From Trichoplax adhaerens (Eukaryota; Animalia; Placozoa), in contig NW_002060948.1 of the NCBI RefSeq assembly GCF_000150275.1, positions 4,634,336 to 4,698,335 of the forward strand: a stretch of DNA of 64,000 bases, read 5' to 3'. Positions 15,033 to 28,499 of this stretch are shown piece by piece. Within the stretch, counting starts at the first letter, position 1, and every line of letters starts with the position of its first letter. The notes beneath the pieces are model-generated. The model did no database searches and had not been told where the DNA came from. It saw nothing but the letters and a program-made list of their open reading frames with translations. A program made the position numbers and the translations under genes.

Positions 15033-18000
15033 CCTACCACGGCACCGCGCATAACCAAAGATCGAAATGTATTTGCACGCAATAGAATTTTCTCAGCAGG
15101 TAGTGAACTATTGACTAAGTCCTATAAAATTAAACATAAAGATTCTTATGACGATACCAGTCTCTCCTTTACAGCATGAACTAATAAAATTATTTAAAAG
15201 TAAAGCTATTTCAGCAATATGATAAAGAAGTTTAAAATAACGGCATTAACTGATCTTGTATTACTTAAATACTTAAAGTAATTCAATTGATGAAATATCA
15301 TTACTAAAATAGGCTGTAAATAATTTTAAGCTATCCTATAGAAACAATGTGTTTATTCGAACATCTTAAGTAATTGGATTGGTTAGAATATTTAAATATC
15401 CTACCGATAATGACGTAGATAATATTAATAACTGTACTCTCTCCGGCTTCTTGATGGATCCGAATAAGTTAATAATGGATCAATACGTTCAGTATTATCT
15501 GATTATTAAGAAGCTATTCTAGAATGATTCGAAACAGGATTTGCCACAGGCAGTAATTAATTCATTGTTTATTATTGAAGAATGGAAAAATTATCTATCC
15601 AAAAATATAATAATGTAAAATAGAATGGAAAAATTAAAGATAAAGCTGTTGATTAATAATATAATACAATAATGTCAAAACTTAATTGCAGTAACCTTGA
15701 TATAGTATAAGATTGCTCAGAATTATTTTTAATGACAATGGCTCTATGCATGCCATCTTATCCTCCAAATATAATTTTCACATCATAATACTTTCTGACA
15801 AATAACATAATGGAGTCAGCCTACTTCTAATTAAAAATTTAAAATACTGCTAAGATATACAGCCAAAACTTTTAATAAAATATGGGGGTATTTTTTTGCT
15901 CTTACGTTGAATATCGCTGCTCGAGACTTGGCATACCACGGCAAAAATTTTAAATAGCGTAAAAATTATCCCATTCCGTATACAGCTGTGCCAAATATAA
16001 AAAGTATCCGCCCTAAAGTAGTCAGACTATGAAAATATGCGTTTAGTATAGATTTCGTAATAAGATAATCGTGTAAGATTTTAAATAGGGGTTGATCTAA
16101 GATCTTTGATTAACCCTATAAATAGTAATTACGAATCTACAGAAGAAATTATTTAGCACCATATATGCTGTAAATTATACATTAACTTCGAAAGAATGTA
16201 ACCAAAAGACTTCTTGCATTACATTAATACACTTGTTTAAGAAAGTATTTTATCTAATGAGTGTTATCTCATTACATTGATTCAGACGAAATGATTATTT
16301 AACTCTATGACTAATAGCCATGTTGATGAACGTAATATTGCGGAAATATTTAAATACATGGGCCTAGATACCCTCTGGGCTAATTTACAAATTGCTTGTT
16401 ATTAAAGAAACATCATAAAAAGAATATTCATAACAGGAAATTTTCGAGATATTTTTGGAAATTGAGATGATAAATATAATTCGCGTCACTAACACTTCAG
16501 TTCAATGGATCAGCTTTATACATAACGGGTGTTAAAAATCAGTCAATACAACCAAATCTTCCTTAGTCCTACATATAACATTATACTGTGGTCATAAATC
16601 CTAATTTGCAACATGAAAAAATGCAATAAAGGAACTACACTTTCTTAATTCGAAAGCTTTTTACTTAGTGACTTTACTCTTCACTCTATTACTACACTCT
16701 CTACGCTGTTATTTAAAATGTAAATTAATTATTAGGCATTTACGGTGACATATTATCCTGTCCATATAGTGTACAGCTGATTCATTTAATAGGACTGCTG
16801 TATTACTTTATCTGTTAGCTAGATTTATACGACTGAATCATGTGATTGTAACGGAATAAACGTAATTTTTTGCCGTAAGAAATACGATTTCATGTGTGCA
16901 TTAAACCCTTTGAAGTTCTAGAATAATTCTCGTATATGTCAAATATCATTACTATGTGCCTTTAGAACTAACAGTTATATAATAAAATATCTTTAAAATT
17001 TTGTATTCAAAACAACGATCTCAAGTAAAACTTTATATCATTAGATAGTGCATATTTCAGATTTATAGTATGATACGCTTGGAACATTTTAGAGGAGTTC
17101 TCGCTTTATTACCAAACAAAATATAAAATTTGTTTTAATTCTAGCTCGGTTTAGAAGAAGAAGAATCTTAAAACATATATCTTACAAAAATATTGTAAGG
17201 GAATTTGCAAGATTTTCTTAAGTGAAATAATTTAATGTTTATTAGCATTAAGCCTGTAATATTTTAATCTTGACATCTATCATTATATAGTACGCGTATA
17301 AGAGGATTTTACTCCAATTTATAATTTCTGTAATTAAATTATGTATCGATGAAAGAGGGCATATAAATATCTAATATAATTATATGTAGTATATGAAAAC
17401 ATCGACTGTGCCTTAAATGGTAGGATTTCAGAGTGTTGTATTATTTGTGAAACTTACGTTTGGATATAAACAATTGCCTCTAAATTGCGATGATCGACAA
17501 TCAATAGCATTTATTATATTTACTTACTGTAGTACGAGTTTATATCTTCCTAAATATGATAGAAAAGTTGATCATGGTATTTAAATTCCTCATTAAACTT
17601 TAATGACATCCAATTCGTTACTATTCTAAAAAATATAGAAGGATTTTTATTTATTATGTTATATATGCAAATACTCTAATCATGTTATCTAGAAATATTG
17701 TTACCTAGATTAAAAATGTATATGTAAAATTTCCTGGGGCTTAGAATACTGTCAGGTGAGCCATAATTATATTTCGCAAAATTTATTGAATTCTGCAATC
17801 TTTCCAAATGTAGCGCTGACTGACTGCAAAGCGTAATCGTACAATACTGATCAATTTCGAAGTCTATGTAACTTTTTATTCGTTCCATTCGCGATTAAGT
17901 AAGTCTATTTACAACAATCTATTCTTTAATACCTTGATAAAATGTCAAAATATTTCTTAATGTTTACTTGCAAAGATTTTTAATTGATACAGTGATTGCT

Positions 18001-18445
18001 GAGCGTGCAGTGCTAGATAGAATATATATATTTAGCATAGATTTTTCTATGTGAATAACTTGACTTCATATACGTCTACAGCAAAACAGTAGTAAATTGT
18101 ATGTTCAACAATAGGGGCAAAAGTTTATTAACTTTAGGAATATAGAACTGATATTACGTTTATAATAGCTGTTATACTAGCACAACGATAAATATAATAG
18201 ATTAGGCAAAATACTAAACTACCGGATGTAAGAAAGTCGTAATTTGCAATTCGAAGCTCATTTACTCTAAAATAATTTCAACTTTAATTATTCTAGCAAC
18301 CCCAACAGCATTCATTAACGATGTAATAATAACTCTTTAATTTCAATTCTATTAATAAATATAAGAATTTCAAAATCTCTAAGCTATACTGGTTCAAGTT
18401 AACAAATATCAAAACAAATAGATGATAGCTATAATCACGTACAAT

Positions 18446-19027
18446 TATCACAATCCTCGCTTATGGTATAGATTTCGTAAAGAAACTCTCGTGCAAGTGT
18501 TATATTATAACTCGGGCTACTTCCTAGTGTTTTCAGTCTCTATGCGATAGATATATGAGAACTCGTTTTCTCGGCTGTACTCCACAGATGATTGATAAAC
18601 TATTACTCTTTTCTTTACGTTACGACTCCAGAACGCTTCTTAAGCAACTGCCACTTTTATTTTACAACCACGCACGCTTGAACAGATTTCTACGGTAAAT
18701 GCTTGTGTTGACTGGCTTGAATACATATTTTTACAAATTATATTAACGGATTTATACAATTACTAAATTGATGCGAGCAGGTAGATATTCTGGAAGTTAA
18801 GGTACTGAAATACTCTTCCTCCGTCCATAATTCCATATATGGCTTGATTATAATATTACAGCCTAGCACACCTTTTAGTCTTCAGTAAATTAACTTGCAA
18901 TAGTTCTATATCATGATTCTACTACTAAAGAATTTACTTGTACCAGCCTAGCAAAACTAAACATGACCTTATCTAGATTATTCTTAAGTATTAATAAGCA
19001 ATTAGCCGGTAACGCAGTACCGTAACA
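18446..19027 (-). mobile_element. Diverged solo-LTR-like element, TSD ACAAT
   Basis: ACAAT|TATCACA (TG changed to TA) ... CGTAACA|ACAAT. Minus-strand AATAAA near 18657 and TATAAA near 18751. The right-hand terminal motif resembles that of 22039-22480. Confidence 0.5.
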
Positions 19028-19666
19028 ACAATACATCACAATTTACAAGGAACAGAAACATCATTACGTAAGGAAAGCTGCAGCAGTCTTGTGTGACATA
19101 TATGCCAATTTTGCCGGTAAATAACATTCATGACCAACGTTATTCCATAAGAGACTATTTCATCAAGAATTTCTGCCCAGTAGTGTTGGAAAACAACATT
19201 CATCACCACTGTTATTCTATATCAAGCTATTTATCAGTAGAATTTTACCAATTTTGAAATTAGTAATACTAAATTGTATCCAGTATGATTAAATTATATT
19301 TACCTAACATGTACCAATATTACATTCATACCTTTTAATAGTTTGAGAGACGGTCAGGTCTAGAGAGACCACACCAGAAAAACTTATACGAACTTGTTTT
19401 GTTTTTGCTAGGCAACGGTTTTCTTAATAACAATAATTACTAAATAAAATTCCTTATTACAATAAGATAGTATTTAATACTAAACATTGGAATTATCTAA
19501 TTGTTAAAATACTGTATCTCGAACTGTACATAAATTAAATTGCACCATAAAGCTGTAACGATAGCATGGGGAGAAAATAATAAACACAATTCAATTTCGA
19601 GATAAACACTAAAAATGTGTCACCGGGAAGTGAATTGGCAAATGTCGAATGAAAAATATTACTAGG

Positions 19667-20216
19667 AGTAATATAACTTAGTATTGTGATTGTAGACTGT
19701 TAGCCATCTTTAGTATAATGTACGGTAGATATTTATCCTAAGAGATATTTGGTAGCCATAACTATAGACTGTAGTAGTATAGACTCTGTGCTAGAGTATA
19801 GATGACTATATACGGTAAGGTGGTGAGTTACTAATAAGGCTATAGGTAAAAATAGAACTGTAAATCATATATTAGGATATGGTTAATTCATTGTACTTTG
19901 GCTGGTGTGAATAATGTCTACGTAAGTACTGTAGTCGTATCCATATTGGATTAATGATGGTCCGCAGCAGAATAGTGTTACTAAGAATAATTTTACTATG
20001 TGTAATATAAGGTAAAAGGTTGCCATGCGGATTGTAGCTGCGAATACTACGGAAAGTATAAAAGCATGCAACTTTAGATTATTCAGTTAGTTCGTTGTAG
20101 AAGTCTTTAGTAGTAGTGTTCGGCTAGAGTAGAGCTGTGTAGTTAATCTTTGTATAAGATTCAATAAAGCCCTTATTTTTCTAAAATTTGGAATTTCGTG
20201 ATTGGTATATATCACA
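19667..20216 (+). mobile_element. Solo LTR, family A, second full copy (no matching TSD)
   Basis: Roughly ten differences from 7588-8136; ends ATCACA; flanks CTAGG and GCCCT do not match. Confidence 0.88.
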
Positions 20217-22038
20217 GCCCTAATAAAATATTTTATTTCTAATAGTAGTTAAAAACTGATTATTAATTATTTTTATTAAATATTATGGTAGCCAAATTAG
20301 ATTATGAAATATTTATATAACTAGATTAACGGCTGGACTCCCTCTAAAAATGCCACCCATCGAGGTACCTCACATTTCCATTTAGCATATGATACCGTCA
20401 CTGGAAACTTTGCGAAGTGTACAATAACGAACAACATAATGCAACGTAACTCTCACCACTTTTCATCGATCATTATCCTACTCATATACTCTATCAGCCA
20501 TTTTAAACTTATTACTACGCTATCAGTATATTTTTAATAATTAAGATGTTCATATAATTAAATTATTATATAAAGACATTTAAAGTAATAAACAATTTCT
20601 TATATAATGTTATCACGATTACGGCCTCTATCTAGCTTCTATATTTCAAATACCTATTGGCAAAATATTACTATTCAGCCATTATATCATAACAATTTAT
20701 TTTATCACTAACAACAGTAATTCCTAAAGTAGTGCTTTATATTTCTTAGGTGTTCAAAATAAAATGTTATCGTAATCTTATTACGGTTTCAGGTTTACCG
20801 TAAATAAAATATTGTAGCATAGATAATATCAAAATATTTAGATTAAATATTATCATATGATGTAAAATTGTGTAGTTAACTTGCTAATGGGTTTCCTTTA
20901 GCGACTATGAAAACTCAATTTGTTTAGTAGGTGTAAAAGCGTAATAATTTACAGTAGATATGATCACACGTATTGGTGTGAGATGTTATATATTAAATCG
21001 TACTAAGTTGCTAATTGCAGCAAGAGTAATAAACGTTCAATATTATTTAACACACATTGGTTTAATATTAATTAATATGAAGTATACTTTATAGAAAATT
21101 GGAAAATTATAGAGTTACATAGGTGAAATTTTGAATAACTATATAAGGGATTATCTTAATATTTAAAAAGAAGAATAAATCTCAGTTGCTTAGTGGAGCA
21201 CGATCCTATTCAAATAAATAAACTATTTTTATATATCTGCTAAAGCTTCCTGAAAATGTGTACTGTTGATTAAGGTCTCATGCTGATTATGTAAAACTAG
21301 TGATGCTCAATAGCAGCAGTACATTACAATGAAAGTTTAACGCACAGTTAAACCAGAAAGAGTTAATCATATCACAAGCACGATTATTATAACTACATAT
21401 CTAAGTTACTTTAATGACTGTGATAAAGCTATAAAAAATTAAATGTCTAGCCGATAAGTATTATTAACTAGTTGAGTTTAGATTAAAATTATATCATGTT
21501 TGCCTATTAGGTCTAAATGGGTAAGAATAAATAATAATATTCTTAAATAATGGTGAATTAATTATTTAATTATGGTAAACAAGAATATTTTTTAAATGCA
21601 GTCGTACAGTAATTAAACATGTTGCAATGATCTATCCGGCTTAACTAGGATGAATGTAAAGAGAAGAAAATGAACTAGTTATGATCTAGTGGACAATATA
21701 ATCATTAAAGTCTGATTACCGTTGATCTATAGACACTAATGGATAAGATTAATGCGATAGTATTTCCTAAAAGGATAATATAGCTTTCAACAATGACACT
21801 AGACGTGACTTTCTAAGCGTATAATAGTTGGTAATGACGACTGAGCAAAGATTAATATTCAAAAATAATTGCAATAACCGCTATTTATTAAGCCGTTTTA
21901 AATAATAAAATCAAAACTAATATGTTACAGACAAAAATGGCCTCCAAATGTGCAAGTCTGGATGACTTCTTTAACATAATTTTAAGGCTTAGCTAACAGA
22001 ATGAAGAGTAGCGATAGAGTACGTTCACAGAGAGTAGG

Positions 22039-22480
22039 TGTCACAAACCAGCTTCGTGACAAGGATAACGTAAAACAAATCTCTAAATTACTATAGTCTC
22101 CGGGAATCAGTATCCCTTAACTACCTCACTAGAACTTAGACGCCTTTGATTCTACGTTAAACTCAACTAGACAATTGAGAACTGCTTTATTCAACTATCT
22201 GACGGGCTTATATACCCTTCTACAGCAGCTAACATTCACAAGTCATCTTATAAAAATACTTGGGTGAGAACATCTACTAACCAGTTTTTCACAGTCGGAC
22301 TACAATATGTCCATTCACATAATCATTTCAGCACACATTACAGCACAGCAATAAATTTACTGTAACACATTTATAATTAGAGTAATTCCTATTGTAAGGA
22401 ACTAGATGTAATATATTATCACTATATTATATTAACCAAATTTAGATAACTATTTCTTCACGGTAGTTCGTACCGTGACA
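22039..22480 (-). mobile_element. Solo LTR related to family B (442 bp)
   Basis: TGTCAC...GTGACA inverted termini; flanks GTAGG/GTATG match 4 of 5. Shares the ACTTAGACGCCT..TACGTTAAAC block with family B. Confidence 0.6.
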
Positions 22481-23334
22481 GTATGATATAAATTTTAAGT
22501 TTTTTGTAATTGAAGGTGCGGAAATTAATAGAGGAGACTGAAAAGCTTTCACCATTTGATTAAATTAATTACCAGTGAAATTGGATTTTAATTAATCGTT
22601 TCAGAATTTATTAATAGTTAGTAAAGAAAGTAGAATAAATAGCATTATTGTAATTTTTACGGCCAAGCTATCGAGAAATTCTGTTTAACCAAATTTTATG
22701 CCCAGGCTTTCATTTCAATAGTAATCAAAAATGTCAATGTAGAACTAACTATCAGTGCAGTAGTCTTTCAAGTTTCATGAATTTTACAATACCAAAGTAA
22801 TATAGCGTAATAGTGTATTAAAAATAATATTAAATTCCTGTGAATATATTTGTTGTTATATTAGCTCCAGTATCAAATTTTACACGCCCTTTCAGCTTAT
22901 TCTAATCAATTACAATTTTTACAACATAGTATAGAATATATTTGTAACAATACTAAAGAAAAAAATGAATAAGACCACGAAATAGTTAGATCAAAACTAA
23001 GGAAATCTTGCTGCTCCATGTAAAAAAATCATTGCTCATAGGTATGTCTTCCATTGGCTCGATTCATGACAGAAAAGTCAATCTGTATACAGTCTAACAT
23101 TTATAGTGATGAGCGCTGTAAAACAGTTCTTAAATTCATGATTATTGTAACAGACTTATTAGAATATAATAATCTTAATGAAATAGTGCGACAGATTTAA
23201 ATACGGTATTAGAGTAGAAATATCTATGCTAAAATAATTTTGTTAGCCTATCCTTATTTAGTTAACTTCCAATTTAGATATGCAGTACTGTGTTTGAATA
23301 TAGCTCAGGCTTTTTATGACAGTGACATATATAC

Positions 23335-23964
23335 TGTGACAGTGCTATATACTATATTAGAGTAGAAATATCTATGTTAGGATAATTCTGTTGGCCTATC
23401 CTTATTTAGTTAAATTCTAATTTGGAAATACTGTGTTTTAATATAGCACTGACTTTTTATGACAGTGACACTTATACACATACTGAAATTAATAGTTATA
23501 ATAGGGAACGCAAATCATCTACTTACAGTTTGAATCATTGTGATTGTAACTTACTTATGGTAGATTGTAAATTATCGTGAAAATGTTCCGTGATAAGACA
23601 TATCGTAATCTGACTATTCTGTATTAGTCATCAGATGTCTATGTTCGTAAATACTGTTGTCTGCATTAAGGGAGCAGTAGCTAAAATTAACATCTAATTC
23701 AGTAAATGATTCCAAAGTTAATCGTACTAACTATGACTCTTGAACTATTGAGGAATAGTATATAGATGCAGTATATCGTGTAATAAAGTAGATTCTGAAA
23801 CTTAGTGTTTAACGTAAAATACGAGGCGTCTAAGTCTTTGTGTAGTCTGCTAGTAGAGCAAAAGTGTTTGTGATAGTGCAGATATCGTTTCTTGATACGT
23901 GGTTCAAGGAATTGACTTATTGATCGTACATTACGTTATCTTGTTGCAAAGCTGTTTTGTGACA
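23335..23964 (+). mobile_element. Complete family B solo LTR nested inside another family B copy
   Basis: TGTGACAGTG...TTTTGTGACA; colinear with 44190-44822. Confidence 0.85.
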
Positions 23965-23985
23965 TATGAATATACTGAAGTTAAT

Positions 23986-24244
23986 GCCTATCTTAAATAT
24001 AGAAAATGATTAGAGCTCAGTTTGTTAGAATGCACCAGCGGCCGTTCCCAGAGAGTATAAAAGGAGCGAGCTCACAACGACTAGTTGTTCCAAAATTTAG
24101 TAGTCAAAAAGGCTCGTCGAGCAAGATAATGAACTTTTCAACTGGATACTTTTCGAGTAATTGATTACCTATACATACCCCGAGTGCACTAGGATATTAG
24201 TTACTAGAGGAGTGAACCATTCACAACGAAGAAAATTTGTGACA
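23986..24244 (+). mobile_element. 3' fragment of a different LTR family nested in the outer B copy
   Basis: GC-richer segment with GTATAAAAGG near 24055. It ends TGTGACA exactly where the family B sequence resumes. Confidence 0.5.
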
Positions 24245-25290
24245 TCTACTTGCAGTTCGAATCATTGTGATTATAACTTACTTATGATAGATTGTAAATT
24301 ATCGTGGAAATATCCCGTGATAGAACATATCGCAATCTGACTATTCTGTATTAGTCATAAGATGGCTATGTTCGTAAATACTATTGTCTGCATTAGGGAG
24401 CAGTAGCTAAAATTAATGTCTAATTCAGTGAATGATTCCAAAATTAATCGTACTAAGTATGACTCATGAACTATTAGGGAAGAGTATATAAATGCAGTAT
24501 ATCGCGTATTAAAGTCAATTCTTACACTTAGTGTTCAACGTAAAATACGAGGCGTCTAGGTTTTTGTATAGTCTGCTAGTAGAGTAAAAGTGTTCCTGAT
24601 AGTGAAGATATCGTTCCTTGATACATGATCCAAGGAATTGGCTTGTTAATCGTACATTACGTTATCTTGTTGCAAAACTGTTTGTAACAAACAGCAAATT
24701 ACACTAAGTACACTTGAGGATAAAGTGATTATGGTAAATCTTATTACAGGTAATTATAATCATAAAATGAGACAATATTTCGTTTATCACCTGATTAAAA
24801 TTATATTCTCATATTGAATTAGCTTTGAACAGCAAAATAATACAGATAAACAAACGATTTAAACATGGAGTTATAAAGGAAATAATGAAAAGAAATAATT
24901 ATATGATTATCAAACACGGAAATGATCTTTTCCAGTAAAAGAAACTGTTAATAAAATTAATATTTTTAATGATCATGATCGCGCATTGAAAATGTTCGAT
25001 CGTTGACCTTTCGAATGCCAAAAGAATATTTTTCTACAATTGAGATACATTTACGTCTGTCTTACGCCTTAATTAAATTTATATATTGAAACAATTCGTG
25101 AAGGTTACGAAATTTTCTACACTAGACTAAAATATTTTGACTATTACAAGCATTATAGAGATGATCAAATTAAAGAAACCGGCAAAATATGTCTTTGATC
25201 ATAATAATCTATCTCAATGATAAGGTTTCAACAACTAAGTTAATCTCCTAAAACTAAATATTAGCATGAAGATGATAAATAATCTAACTG

Positions 25291-27582
25291 CTATTCGCAA
25301 GTAGACAAATATGATTCAATGACAATTACATTTGCTGTTTGCTCATAAAATAGTCCGCTTGTATGACTAATCTCGGGCATAACTTGTTTTTCTCTACTAC
25401 GAAGAAGCTTACGTATCTTATCACGGAATTTTCGATGCTTGTAAAAATAAACTATAGGATTAGTAAAGCTTCTAATATTGGTTGCGGAGACAGAAATAGA
25501 TCGAATTATTGCCGAATTTAAGCTATTATATTTCTGTGGAAATGATCCCATTAAAAATACCGGTCCATAGCTTAGAAGGAATACTCCAATAACGACTGAT
25601 GCGACCTTTATTAATTCGATATTAACAATAAATATTATCAGCTAATATCATATTTTACTCGTAATAATTGCTATGATTTTTATAAATCTAATAATGTCGT
25701 AATAATAAAAAATATGCGCAACTTTGAAGATCGTATAATTCGGCCTGATTTAATATCTATTCTAGTTGTAAATTATCATACGAAATACGGTACCTGAAGA
25801 ACGCTTTTTTGCAATAATTGGGTAGATTGTCGCTGTTCTTGTTTAGAAATAATCAGCCTAATATAAGTAAAGGATGTTATTGCAGCTACAAATGTAGCAA
25901 AAAATAAGAATGTATTCCAAGCTATTGATGGAATTGAATACATTCGAATTCGCGATGAAATAAGGTCGTAGGGATCACCAGGCTAGATTAATACCGAAAA
26001 AAAATTACAGATTGTCAGGCAATTTTTATTTCTGTAGAGATGGATCTAGCAAAGGGCTAAGTTGCACTGAAATTAAGATTTACTTGAGTAAGGTAAAATA
26101 TTTTCTGAGTCTTTTCATCTCTAATGATAAATATTTTTATTGTATATCATTTCTGTTACTGTAGTATTTTTATGCAGATATCTTGACGGAAGTATAGATG
26201 AGAAATAGATTCATATTAGATAATAATGAACTATAATTAAGATCTCTTGAATCAAGTTCTCTGAAGCCTCTAATTAATTTTTAAAATCTTAAGATGCTAC
26301 TTGTCGGTTATAGCTACTTCGGGTATCGAATAATCGATTAAGGCTTTTAATACTGGGTAAGCAAGTTTTGCAATCATCAAATTAACTTCGAGTTGCTTAA
26401 AAAATATAATTAAAGGCATTTCACTGCCGTTTCCTACATATCCTAAAGATATGTGATTTAAATAAAATTTTAATATTTATTTATTAAGTTTGATAAATAG
26501 ACTAATCTCCTTTTGCGATTAAAGTGATCTTAACAATAAATTATGAAAATTTTTATCCTTGTAGAATTTAGCATCGACTTAGTCCATCTAAAATTCTTAA
26601 CTACGCAAGAAAGAATACTTTGAATAGGCAGTTTCTAGAAGATAGTTAAGTAGTAAGTATTTATTCATCTTAACCGAAATTAATAACTGGTTTTGCACTT
26701 AGCTTTCAAATAATGCCTAATTACTTTAGTGCTGATTAAAAATTTAATGTATTCAGTCGGATAAGATAATGATAAATGGTACTATAATCAGAGTTATGAA
26801 AATCAATTGTAGACTTGCAATACATGGAGAACAGTAAATCTCACGAAGAAAACTCAATATCAATCGACTATTGACTCTATAATGACATACAAACTTTGTC
26901 CAGTTTTGATATGTAATATAAGTTTAACAACATTCAGTAACAAAATAATAAAGTTATTTCATTCTAGAGTAGAATTAAAGCCTATTTACTTATATTTACT
27001 ATTTAATCGCCAATAATTATTCAATCTTACCTGAATTGATAAACAGGAGAAATATCTGGGTTGATATTGTAATTTTAACAATGTTACAGCGCTAATGGCA
27101 CAGGATAAAATCCAGCAAGAAATAACGCTGAAATAATAAATCTTCCACCTTCTTCTTGGATGTAATGGATTGGAATTGATAATAAGGGGTTTACGACGAA
27201 CAGCTAAGTATCTTTCGAAACTAAGTAATATCATGAGATAGCAGTTTATGGATTCACATACCATAGATATTGCCATTACAACTTGACAGGTGTAATGTCG
27301 CACTTGACCGTACGTATTAAATTCAATAATTTCTGCAGGTATACATAAGAGACAGTTGACCAAATCAGCAATGGCTAAATGGTAAAGGAGCAAATTATTA
27401 ACTGTCTCATTTGTGGTTATTGGCATTCGATTAGGTTTAAATATAATAGTAACGCAGGTATTTCCCAGAATACCCATGACCATTATCAAAGTTAGAAAAA
27501 TGGTTATAGGAATCGACAGGAATGATGGTAAGTAGTTGTTATACATTTCATAGCCAGTTAAATTGGATAAATCTGAATCCAT
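25291..27582 (-). CDS. Orphan class A GPCR 3, 351 aa; exons 27582-27031, 25982-25794, 25605-25291
   Basis: Same two phase-0 introns. Motifs: GN, LAIAD, ERY, FSCL, TM5 SIPSIAWN (exon 2 translated by hand), FLLSYGP, NPIVY, HRKFR. The exon 3 acceptor is AAG. Confidence 0.88.
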
Positions 27583-28499
27583 CTCAAATATAATTTCTGT
27601 TCTTACCGCTGTCGCTGTTGAAGCTATGATTAGAAAATACTTGGTATTCTGCGGTTTTTAAATAGTAAAAAATAAATGGATGTTAATTTTAGCTAGAGTC
27701 GTCAGTATACAATAGATGAAAAGATGATGCTATTTAAAAGGTTAAAAATTTTTAACTTTCTATTAGAAATAGTACCAAAAATTAGAATGCTAATTCATTA
27801 CAGTAATCGATAATAATATCAATACTATTTATAATCTTGAATTATTTAACAAAAAATATAAAGAAGCTATGGTGTGAAGATTATTTGTGAAATTATATCC
27901 TATGCAGGTGTTTCATTTATTCTTCTGTTTAATTTAATCAATTCGAATAATTAGACAGACCTATAACTTAATTCTATTTTATCTTCTAAAAGTAATTTAT
28001 ATTAGAGGGCAATATTTAATATTACCAGTAGACATACAATAATATAAGTTTTAAAGATGCTAACTCATGTATTCGCATAAATTTAGTATCTACCCATCTC
28101 GATATTAATGTTCTGTTGCTTCATCCAAAATTGTCAAGATACAAGTTAACTACGAGATAAGAGTATTTAACATCGATTACGCAAAAAATATGCTACAGTT
28201 TTTGAGTATACAGTATAGAATAAATATCACGCGTTAAATTGATCTAATTCATCTTTTTATTTAGCTCGTCTAATAATTAATTATACTATCAAGAAACCAT
28301 TGTCTTTCTCTACATCTACATATCTGTGTACAGGCATACAGACACAGACATAGACAACACACAAAAATTACAAATAATATCCTACTTGACTACGTCTTTC
28401 CGATTAATAATAGATTAATCTTATAATAGCTTTAAATGATTGTTTGCTCGGTTTATTTTGTTTTAGTTTTAATAAAGTCAATTCAACAACTAAAGTAGA

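Larger units (their letters stand above)
23187..24689 (+). mobile_element. Outer family B LTR interrupted by nested insertions
   Basis: Family B sequence at 23187-23334, ~23965-23986 and 24245-24689. Termini TGCGACA...TGTAACA; flanks AATAG/AACAG match 4 of 5. Confidence 0.75.

Noticed and set aside
7803-20071. Near-identical 62-aa ORFs at 7803-7991 and 19883-20071 as a duplicated small gene
   Set aside because: Both lie antisense inside family A LTR copies, so the identity reflects the repeat.
7588-20216. One 12.6-kb LTR element that captured GPCR 2
   Set aside because: The first LTR has its own exact TSD on both sides, so it is a solo LTR. There is no shared outer TSD and no recognisable internal retroelement sequence.
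1-27582. Family A LTRs as the cause of the GPCR tandem duplications
   Set aside because: The LTR copies are nearly identical while the GPCR paralogues are deeply diverged, so the insertions are much younger than the duplications.
1950-27582. GPCRs as opsins, aminergic receptors or Frizzled 7TM halves
   Set aside because: No Lys7.43 and no Asp3.32; class A motifs (LAxxD, ERx, NPxxY) are present and there is no KTxxxW.
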